Source: Mustelus asterias (lineage: Eukaryota). From it: a stretch of 64,000 nt of DNA. Under the pieces are notes generated by a model. The model did no database searches, was not told the origin of the DNA, and saw only the letters and a program-made list of their open reading frames with translations. The position numbers and the translations under genes are program-made. Location: contig NC_135830.1 of the NCBI RefSeq assembly GCF_964213995.1, positions 16,430,001 to 16,494,000 on the forward strand. The letters run 5' to 3'. How positions within the stretch are numbered: the stretch's first letter is position 1; each line of letters opens with the position of its first letter. Positions 51,999 through 62,341 of the stretch are shown one piece after another.

Positions 51999-53652
51999 GC
52001 CTTTGGATTGTTGGTGCGAGCTCTGTTCTGTTGAGCCTTAAGTTGGACTGCAGCTGTTGCAGTGCAGCGGCGCTCGCAAGCGCTCAGAGACACACCGAGA
52101 GGAAACCAAATTAACCTCGGTCGAACCGTCACCCAACAGTTAGCAGGAGAGACTGAGAAAATGAACTGCATAACTGCAGTGGAACAGGGAAACATCACAT
52201 AATCATCATAGAAACCCTACAGTGCAGAAGGAGGCCATTCGGCCCATCGAGTCTGCATCGGCCACAATCCCACCCAGGCCGCCCCAACTTCATAACTGAA
52301 GCCACCCGTTATAATCCCCGCCCTCAATGATCCGACGTCCTGAGTGAGCTGGATGTCAGTGAAAGGAAACACCTCGATCTGTGCTGCAGCCAATGTCCTG
52401 GTGGGAGACAGCGTTCTGCTGTGTGGGTTGGTTTGTTAATGATCATCAGAAAAACAATAGTTAAAGGAAAAGGGGAAACAAGATTAGCCTCAGGAGACAC
52501 CCTGACGCACAGGCAGCTCATTCTCAATTCTCAGTTACTACTCTGTGGAACATGTTGATTGCAGATACGCTGTTTCTGATCCAGTAACACACACTGATTA
52601 AATATACCTCTGAACAGGCCAGTTGTAAGCTGCTGGAGAGTGAGAGAGGAGATGATAAATGGTTGTTTCATAGGCGGGCAGGCGGGGAATGGGTAGTAAA
52701 GGACACAAAAAGCACATTAAAATATCATGAGCGCATTTATGACGTTTAACTTCTGCATAAAGGCGACTTGTAATCAACTAATGTAATAAGTCCACTGGTG
52801 GCCATGTGAACATACAAATTCGGAGCTGGAGTAGGCAACCGTGCCACCTCGAGACTGCCCGACATTTGATAAGATCCTGGCGGATTGAATTGTGACATCT
52901 CTATTTCCATGTCTCCCCTGTACACTCTGACTCCCTGGTCATTCAATAATCGACCTCACCCCGTCCTAATTCTTTTCAATGAACTTGCCACCACTGATTT
53001 CTGGGGAAGAGGATATCACAGACCAAAGAACATCATGGTGACAAAAAGGCATAATCTCATCATTTCTGAGGAGACCTTGAGGAGTTTATTAACATTATCT
53101 CCCAAGTTTTTGTCCCTGTCACAAAGGAAACATCCTTTTAGTTTGAAATTAACCTCTGCACATTCTATACTGACCCAGCGATAATAACGGAAAAACAGTA
53201 TAATTCCAGGAATGAATGATACGGATTTTTTCTGTTTTATTCAAATAGGTTATGTATTTTTTATATATCTTTACCACTATGCTATATTACTCTGCACACA
53301 ACTGGCCTTGACAGGCCGGAAGGAGATTTATTGGAATGGTATTTGTGATCAGGGAGCTCTCCAAATTTGGTCAGCTCAAACAGTGTAAAACTGATAGCAA
53401 TTCCGCACCACTCGAGGTCACTGGGGGACGAGACACCAAAACTATCTCCAAAACAAACCATTTTAAAATTAATTTGACCGAGTGTGGGATTCGTTGCTGA
53501 GTCCACAATTTATTGTATTCCCTAATTGCTTTTCAAATGGTGGTGATGATGTTGGGGCTGCCCTCTTCCAGGCCAGCTGATATCAAGAAAACCAAACTCA
53601 GCTGTGAGTTCAAACTGCAGTTTCACTATCTTGTGATTAAACTAATACAATA

Positions 53653-53666
53653 TCACCATCTGGTGG
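53653..53666 (-). promoter_or_regulatory. CTCF core motif
   Basis: Reverse complement CCACCAGATGGTGA, preceded by a TGCAA upstream-module-like sequence. Confidence 0.5.
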
Positions 53667-53849
53667 TGACTTGCACTTACGGCAGGCGCTGGCCTCTGTG
53701 AGTCTCGGGGAAGGTCAGTCACTGGATGGCTGGAACTGGCATCCGGTTGATGAAGTGCCAATATGGAATAACATTGTTCATTCCCTGTTGCAAACTTTCA
53801 TACCTAAATTGGAATGGAAGTTTGCAACATGTGCTCGGGTGGTGCATTC

Positions 53850-54151
53850 GCCTATTTGTCACCAGGCACTGTATAAGAATTTTGTGACCCATTCCCCATG
53901 GGAGATATTGTCTGGAGTTGCAGTTCGGGATTATTGTGTACATTAATATTTAAAATAAATATTATTGAAGATATATGGCACGGGAGATACGTTTCAACAT
54001 CTACCGGACAGGTGTTCTTGCTGTTTTGCGCAAAGGAAATAAAACTGTTCTTTTTAATGTTGCCGGGATGCTTCTCTCTGACACCGCCGTGTATCACTGT
54101 GCCACGGAGCCCACACTGCTGCAGAGATAGAGCGGATCCCAGACAATAAGC
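53850..54151 (+). pseudogene. V pseudogene V2 with degenerate RSS
   Basis: ...GMLLSDTAVYHCATE, then CACACTG (54112-54118), a 24-nt spacer and ACAATAAGC; stops and frameshifts upstream. Confidence 0.7.
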
Positions 54152-54177
54152 CCACACATGGGAGTTCCAGTTAGGTA

Positions 54178-54191
54178 CCACTAGAGGGCGG
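54178..54191 (+). promoter_or_regulatory. CTCF core motif 26 bp after the V2 nonamer
   Basis: CCACTAGAGGGCGG. Confidence 0.65.
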
Positions 54192-54965
54192 ACTTACGCT
54201 GATAAACATAATCAATAATTCACTCTCCATGTGAGTCACAGGGACCTTCCCAAGAGATCAGAAGAAAACCACAACCTCAACAAGAGGTGAGCAACATTTG
54301 AGGAGTTATATTAGTTTATTTTAACTTGCATTTGTGCTATCGCCGATCTTCTTAAATCTATTCCATTTAGCTCAGTTGTTGCCCTTGGATGAAGTTTCCG
54401 TGTCTCTAATATTGAACAACTCAATCCCCCTCTCCCCTGACAGGTTTCTGAAGTCTACTACCGCGGCCTGGTCACTGGGTTTATTTGATCCGAGAGATGT
54501 ACTGCTTCCGAGAAAGTGTAGACACAATGAAGAAATTTCACAATGAAGTGACTGTGATCTTTTAAATAGACATTGAGCACAGAATTCCCCCAATGACCAG
54601 TGAACTTCAGAATGTTTCCTCAATGATGTTTGTTACTATAAGCAACCAAGAATTTGCAGCTGCCAATTAACAGAGCAGGGTTTCATCCCCGCAACCCGAT
54701 CCGGAAAAGTGCACCCGTTCCCCTATCGAGGTGCTGAAATCAGCTCGGATCGAGGGATTTCCTTTCGATATCAGCCAGCTCACAACTGAGAGATCTCACA
54801 GACTCATAGAGACACAATGATTGAAGTGGCAGGATACTGGAAACACTTGGGCTGATCACAGGTTAATGAGCAATCTTGCATAACTGACAGTCACATTATG
54901 GCTGCATCTGCCCGCGATTCTGAGCAACCCGCAGCAGACAGGATTTTCAACCTATAGTTAAAGAC

Positions 54966-55449
54966 AGTTTTTGTGCAGCAGTCAGACTGCTTTCTATCAC
55001 TGTGAGTTTCAGTGAGAGCGCAGAAATACAAGGCAGCGTCAGTCAGCTGCAGACCCGAGATGGTCAAACTGGTGAATTGAAGTTCTCCAGAGAAACGGCT
55101 TTCAGCAAAATCTGCTACATCTTCACCAAACATCGAGTTCTTCCCCACTGTAACACAGGGTGTTGCCGGTACCAGTATAAATTGTAGTTGCTCATTCTAG
55201 TATCATGGGTACAGTTCAAAGTCACAGTTTTTCCTTCTGTCTGTTATTCTGAGGACAGCGACTGAGTAACAGAATCTCCATGACTCAGATCTGAAAATCA
55301 TGTTCGAACGAAAACAGATCAGACCGACTGAGTCCGTAAAATTCAGTTCAAAAACAAGTTTGTAAAATTAAAGTAAATATGAAATGCGTTTGGTCCATAA
55401 TTCCCTGTCAGGAATGTTCCCGCACAATCCAGAAGCTGAGTAGCAGCAT
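54966..55449 (-). pseudogene. V pseudogene V3 (inverted paralog of V1) with intact 23-RSS
   Basis: Leader ATG at 55449 with donor GT changed to GG; TAA in FR1; frameshift after WYRQHP; LTISGLQLTDAALYFCALTE; CACAGTG (55004-54998), 23-nt spacer, ACAAAAACT. Confidence 0.9.
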
Positions 55450-55963
55450 CGTTGTTGTCTGCTCAGTAAAAGTGGAGTTGGATATTTGAAGACACCCTTT
55501 CCAAACTTCACCCTGTATATTTTGCTGTCGTGTCTCGGAATGCTCTCACTGCATTTCCCTGTATCCGCTGTGGTGCTGTGGGGTTGGTAGCTGGTGAGCT
55601 GTCTGCCAGTGAATGGATTCACCTCGTGCTGGGTTCAGTCAGAGTTCCGATCGGACGAAATAGTTTCCTAGTTAGACACGTGGGAAGAGATTTGTAACCG
55701 GAAACATGGGGTCACTGATGGGGTTTATTTATTCCGGCTTCAATTCTTCATCTCCGATTCCAGTAGAATCGATGTCAGCGAGTGTGGGCGGATAAAACCC
55801 GAGTCTCAGCTTCTTTGATCAGTTCGACAGATAGGCGCCTCAGTTGGACACGAAGCAGGCGTTTTACTCCTTGTAAACTCTTCCGAATATTAAACCCAGG
55901 TCCTGGTTCTCATCTGAACTCCCTGGACAACTGCATCAGCAGAAATTTCATATGATCTGAAAA

Positions 55964-56296
55964 ATGCTCCGAATTCACAGACTCTGTTTGCTGTGTTTCG
56001 CTCTGACCTGCACTGGGGTGACTGGAGCAGATGAGGTGATGCAGCTTCCTCGGCGGAAGGTTGTTAGTGAAGGGGGAACCGTATCCATGAACTGCACCAC
56101 GACCACTACATTTAGCAACGTATATTGGTCCCGACAGTCCCCGCATCAGCCACCCCAGTATCTGGTGATGGCCAGAACAGAAACCGATCAACGCGAGAGG
56201 ATCACTGCCTCAATCGGCGGAGGCAGCAAATTCAGCGCCCTGACTGTGAGAGACGCCAAAGTTACAGACACTGCCACCTATCTCTGCGCCGTGAGC
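55964..56296 (+). CDS. TCR-type V segment V4, intact, leader and V in a single exon
   Basis: Continuous ORF MLRIHRLCLLCFALTCTGVTG-ADEVMQ...SMNC...VYWSRQ...LTVRDAKVTDTATYLCAVS. Confidence 0.9.
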
Positions 56297-56335
56297 CACA
56301 GTGTGACAAACATAGGGTGAGCCCATACAAAAACC
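56297..56335 (+). other. Perfect-consensus 23-RSS of V4
   Basis: CACAGTG, 23-nt spacer, ACAAAAACC. Confidence 0.97.
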
Positions 56336-58364
56336 TGCACAGACTGCGGGAGCAACTCTGCTGAGTCCGGAGTGTCGGCAGAGTGAATGGAATTATAAAA
56401 AGTCCATTAGTAAAGGAAATGAGCGCAACACAAAATAAAATATAGAATCTACTGATTAAAATTCCGTCAGAAATGAAGATAGATGAAAACAGACATGGAG
56501 AAGAAAAAAGAAGGAAGATGTAAACCGCAATGAACGAGCAGCAAATAGAAATAGAAACGTTCAATCTTCATAGGAGAGATAGACAGAAAATGAGGGAACT
56601 ATCGAAAGGGAAATTGAAGAGACTGAAAAGCACTGAGAGTGATAAACGGGTTGAAGATCAGGTTAAATCATAAATAAAGAGAAGCTTTAATAAAGTAGCA
56701 TGTGTTTTTTCTTTAACATTTCTAATATTTACTTGCTATTTAAATAGTTGAATGTTCTGAAACATGTCACCGAATGACCGGCCACTGCAAGTTGCCCGAC
56801 CGGTATAGAATCATAGAAACCCTACAGTGCAGAAGGAGGCCATTCGGCCCATCGAGTCTGCACCGACCACAATCCCACCCAGGCCCTATCCCCACATATT
56901 CACCCGCTAACCCCTCTATCCCAGGACTCTAAGGGGCAATTTTTAAACCTGGCCAATCAACCTAACCCGCACATCTTTGGACTGTGGGAGGAAACCGGAG
57001 CACCCGGAGGAAACCCACGCAGACACGAGGAGAATGTGCAAACTCCACACAGACAGTGACCCGAGCCGGGAATCGAACCCGGGACCCTGGAGCTGTGAAG
57101 CAGCAGTGCTAACCACTGTGCTACCGTGCCGCCCGTGGTATATTTGGGCTTTACTCATTATCCCAACTAGGGGATTTCACATTCACTTCATTGCAGTGTT
57201 AATGTAACCTTTCTTGTGACAATGATCAATAAACTTTAAAATAAAAAACCGGAGAATAAGCTACCGATGGCATTGAACAGATACAGCACCTGAGGTTTAT
57301 TAACATGGACGCAGATTTCAGAACACAAGGGGACACGTGTAAGTCTGTACACATCATTGTTGAGAACGCAATTCAAACACTTAGATCCGTGTAGCGACTT
57401 TTCGTTCCTTTGGCGTTAATCTCAGTGACAGTGCGGAAGCGTTACTGGGAAATATGAAGTGGGGATGAGAGAGCACCACATTAAGCGGAGGCTCGTCAAT
57501 CGATTCGTGTTAACCTCAGAGACTGTGTAAGAAAGACTGGGAAGGATACAGTGGGGATGAGAGAGCACAGCGCTCAGCGGAGACTTGAGCAACTGGCGAT
57601 ATTTTCAATGGAGCAGTAATTCTGCTCAGAAGTAGTTGGCAGATTTGTATCCAATCAAGTTTGAGAACGGTTGAAAAGAAAGAGAGTTAATCGGCTGGTC
57701 TCTCAGTGCGTGACTGGATGGCGGCATTTCAGGTGATCTTTATGAAACGGAGGGAGCGATTAGAAGACTTTTGTGTTTTGAGCAGTCGACTGTGAGAGGT
57801 TGCAATGGTCCATGCCAATCTGTAATAGAGAGAGAGTCTACCAGTAATTGTCAGAGGCAGGTGGATTACTGTTTGACTAGCAAACGGAAATTTTAAGAAT
57901 ATAAGATTTATTGAATGCAAGTTGCCTATAAAGAATAAGTGGATTATCCATCAATACAGACAGTACGTGAGCAATGGCCAGAATGATCTCTGTTAGTGCT
58001 ACAACGATTCTAAGATTATGAATGGCTCTTTTCATTTTGAAAGAGAACAGAGCACCAACCTCGTGAAACAATTTACGCTGTTGCTACACACAGGAAGCGA
58101 AGAAGTTCGGAAGCAGTGACAGTTCAATTGGTCTCTGGATTGAGAAACAACTAATCGCTCAGTGGCACCGTCAGTAACGTCAGGTACCGACATCCCATAA
58201 GAGCCCAGTCGGTGATAATATGGACCTTCAATGTCGCATTCAAGAGGAGAAAGTACAGCTCACTCCTCCCAGTCCCTTCCCCACCATTCAGAGTCCTGGA
58301 CTCGGCATCAAGTCCCAGTCTCGAAATCAGACTCGGATTGATCCTCTCGTGCATCCTCATCATC

Positions 58365-58831
58365 ATGAAGCGAAACCCAAGCAAAGAACTGCTTCCTGTT
58401 GGAGCTCTGTTACTGCTGATATTGTGTGAGTTCATTTTTCTAATCAGATGTGTTGATTCTAATAATCTCTTAATACCGTGCAATTTGTGAGTGATTATTT
58501 TCCTTCATAGCCGTTCAGTGTCAGGGTCCGAGCTCCCACCCCGAGCAGGTTGAGTCTCGGGAAGGGACATGCATTGAACTGATGTGTGAGCTCTCCATTG
58601 GATCTGGCTATTCTGTGGCCTGGTGCAGACAAATGCTGCCGGGGCTGCGATATTTATCGTCTCCATTTACGATGGGAATGTGATCGCAGGACGTTACAAA
58701 ACTGTCCTTTGACCAAGTAAAGAATTCCAGCACCATATTTATCGATGACACGGCTGCCCAGGACTCCGGAATGTATCGCTGTGCGAAGCAGACACAGTGA
58801 GATAGAGAGCGGATCCAGCTGGACAATATTT
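58365..58831 (+). pseudogene. V pseudogene V5 (leader 58365-58425, V exon 58511-58792, 23-RSS)
   Basis: MKRNPSKELLPVGALLLLIL|SVQCQ...LMC...VAWCRQ, then frameshifts, then QDSGMYRCAKQ; CACAGTG, 23-nt spacer, ACAATATTT. Confidence 0.8.
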
Positions 58832-59279
58832 TGTTCTCTGGCCTGTCTCCACAGCATTTTGAAACTTTCCCCAAATCAGGGGAAGTCATGTCGGTGATAC
58901 TAGAAGCTGGGACATCCCACGTTTAACCTCCAATTGGATAGATTTACCACGTCCTATAACTATCATTACAGATGCAATGTGCGAAACATATCCAGTCATC
59001 TATTTTGATTCGTTGTTAGACACACAACGTAAAATGCAGATAGGAAAGAATAACTACCTTTCAGATATCTAGGCAGATAGGTGTGCGAGAGAAAATTCTA
59101 AACAAGAATATAGAAATATGAAAATGTCGATAATAATTAGATGAATGGATAGAGGCACAGATAGGCAGACAGATCGATAGATAGACGCACAGATTAATTA
59201 CTTCCGTCTATGTACACAGACTCTTTATTTAATTATCCCTGTATAAACCTTAATGCTGATTTTATTCTTGTTTTGACAG

Positions 59280-59593
59280 CTGTTCCTTGTCGTTCGGAGA
59301 CAGTTCAGATATCGATGTATCGGGTAAAGCAATGAAAAATCATCTTTCTTCATCACAATATTACTGTCACTGCAAGTGACTTTGTATTCTCGTACTGGCA
59401 ATTCACCGATCAAACTACAGAGTATCTTTTATCCACATTCAGAGATGAAACAGCTGTGGGAAGGTTTCAAGTATCTGTGGACCGTGAGAAAGGCTCCACG
59501 ACTCTCCCTGTTAACACGGTTGAGCTGTCAGACGCTGCAGTGTATTACCGGGCAATGAGGCACGGTGAGAGAGAAGGATACTGCACAATAACT
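59280..59593 (+). pseudogene. V pseudogene V6
   Basis: Acceptor at 59279; in-frame TGA; both Cys and the Trp are lost; GRFQVSVD...ELSDAAVYYRAMR; CACGGTG, 17-nt spacer, ACAATAACT. Confidence 0.8.
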
Positions 59594-61998
59594 CGCTCGA
59601 CATGGGGACTGTGGACACAATACACAATCACTTTAGAGGTGAGCATGATTCAAGCAATACCGATACAAAATGTTCTTCTTGCGAGTAATATGATGGAATT
59701 AAAACATATTTTATTATTTATCGTAATAAAACTTGCAGATTAACCCTCAGTAGAAGCATATAACTCACTCTTTGATACATTTGCTTATTGAAATTTGGTT
59801 GGCATACTTGTTTGATTATCAGCCAGCGTCCAAAGCTTACGTTCTTTCGAAATGAACAACACAGACTTATCAGTTGTGGGTGTATGAGTTTATTAAAATG
59901 AAATTGATCCATCGACTCAGTTAAACAGGTACTGTGCTAATGGCGCAGGCGCCTCCGGAAACGGAGGCAAATGATTTGGTATCAATACTAAACAGCAAAT
60001 GTAGCTACATTATAATAATGAGAAAGTTATCAGATGCAGTAGCACTATCATCAAACTAATAAAACCCATAATAAACTGCTACACTAAAAATCCCGCAATA
60101 TCATGCAGCAATGTTAACAAAATTGAGAATTGCTGTTTCACAGATGACGGTCCCAGACCTCATCTTTCGTTAAAACCGGCAAAGCCGTCAGTACCCCTGT
60201 CACAGGTGACAGCTGGACTTACAGGAGGTATCTGTGCGTCTTCATGCCACCGCAAACCACAGTGCATTTCGGACAAGAATTTATATGTGAATTTCAGAAG
60301 CTCCGGCACAGAAACAGGTTTTCTGGACCAGAAGCTCTCGAACTTAAACCCACTTCGAGGCTTTATACTTACAGGAGAAGTGATCCGGTCCGAATATCAG
60401 CCTGCAAATTCTTCCAATATGCCTAATGACAGCTGACAAGATCTGGTGAGTTCCCACGTCACAGATATTGCACGAGTTAATAGAAAACACTCAGGTTAGC
60501 ACTGCTGCCTTACAACGCCAGGGACCCGGGTTCAATTCCCAGCTTGGGTCACTGTCTGTGCGGAGTCTGCACGTTATTCCCGTGTCTGCGTGGGTTTCCT
60601 CCGGGTACTTCGGTTTCCTCCCATCGTCCGAAAGATGTGTTGGTTAGGTGCATTGGCCATGCTAAATTCTCCCTCAGTGTACCCCAACAGACGCCAGAGT
60701 GTGGCAACTTGGGGATTTTTACAGTAACGTCATTGCATTGTTAATGTAAGCCGACTTGTCACACTAATAAATAATCTTTAAACTTAGCACTTTGTCATGC
60801 ATGATCATGCACCAATCTAATTAAGTCCCTGGTCAACTAGTGCCACCTCAGGGTATGTAATTGGAGGATGAGGATGGAGGCACAGAGAACTTAGAGAGTG
60901 AACTCTATTGATCATTGCATTTCAGTGTCACTGGATAATTTGAATAAGACGTTTAGCACATTATTTCTAATCAATGTGGTCCCTCAATGAATCATAAAGA
61001 GAAGGATAGTGTGTGAGTGCGGTGTGTGTGTGAGTGCGTGTGTGTGTGCGTGTGTGTGTGTGTGTGTGTTTGTGTGTGAGAGAGATATTTCAAAGTAATC
61101 GGAAAATATCTGGACTCCTCAACGTCTTTACTCCAGGATCAGTGTAGCAACCCTTTTGGACAGAGAATTAAACATTCCCACTGATTTTTGTGTTAATAAC
61201 GTTCCTAACATCACCACAGCGACTACAGTACAAATGAGTTTCTTTGGGTTAGAAAGTGCTTTGGGATATCTGAAGTCTGTAAAAGACTGTCAATAAAAGT
61301 ATTTCCTTCTGTTTTCGAGTGAAATTTCTTTCTGGAGATTAACTTCATTGTCCATATGCTTCCATGGTCCCAGTAAAGTTTATTTTTAATTTCATTTTCT
61401 TTAGTTCAGTCCGTTTGTCTCCCGAATTGGGTTAATGAATGTTCACCACCTCCTCTGATTTCCCGGGTTCTGTCTGCAGTCTGTTCAGAAATTCTTTGCA
61501 CTCCAGAGGACATCGGCAGTCTGGCATGAATGAGAATCCGGGAATTTCCCGAAGGGACACTGTAGTGCTCAAGGAATGCTGCACCGTCAGAGCTGCCAGC
61601 CCCTCGATGACCTGTGAAATCTTCCGTCTTTCCTCTTAGGTGGAGGTGACATATCACATGTTCACTGTTTTCAAGAAGAGTAGGCGAAATGTCCTGCTTG
61701 ATATCTGTTCACCAATCACAATTACTGAAACAGTCAGAAAGCTGCAATATTATTGAATGAAATGACACGCTGATGCCAAATTGGCTGCTGTGTTTCCCAC
61801 AGTGACAGGGAAACAGTTTGGGAGATCAAACTCTAGAAATATTCTAATGCCCATTCTCTAAACTGCCCCCATTGTTTTAGTTTGGTAATATATTTAATAA
61901 TAAAAAAGTGTATTAGAATTAAATTTTTAAGATGCCAACAAGACTCACTCTGATCACAACGTTCGTCTAATGCGCTGTTATGTTGAATGAGGCTCTGA

Positions 61999-62037
61999 CA
62001 GTTTTGTACAGGTTCAGCCCAGCTGTGAGTCTCTGTG
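61999..62037 (-). other. 23-RSS of V7
   Basis: CACAGAG, 23-nt spacer, ACAAAACTG. Confidence 0.85.
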
Positions 62038-62341
62038 GGTCTCAGTGCGCAGTAATACACCACGGAGTCTGCCAGCTCTGTTTTAGACACCTTCAGTGGG
62101 ACGGTGCGGGCTGTATCATTGAGCTCCGCAGAAAAACGGTACTCTGAAGACCTGTCTGTGTTCCCGGTGTATTTATTTGTCTGCACCAGATACTCCATGG
62201 ACCCGCTGGGATACTGACGGTACCAGAATAGATAAATGTGGTTGCTTGTCGTTGTATAATTACAGAACAACCTAACATCATCTCCTTCAGTGACAGTGAC
62301 TGCAGTCGGTGTCTGTGTAACAGAATCTTCTCGGGAATGTC
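62038..62341 (-). CDS. TCR alpha/delta-type V exon V7, open; leader exon not identified
   Basis: Acceptor TTACAG, then GHSREDSVTQ...LFCNY...LFWYRQ...RFSAEL...ELADSVVYYCALR. Confidence 0.85.

Noticed and set aside
57055-57135. tRNA-like sequences at SINE heads, and CACAGTG-like motifs within SINEs
   Set aside because: Parts of V-SINE elements; no nonamer at 12 or 23 spacing.
58831-59280. V5 followed by apparently leaderless V6 as a NARTCR cassette
   Set aside because: No D, J or RSS seen between them, and V6 is heavily decayed.
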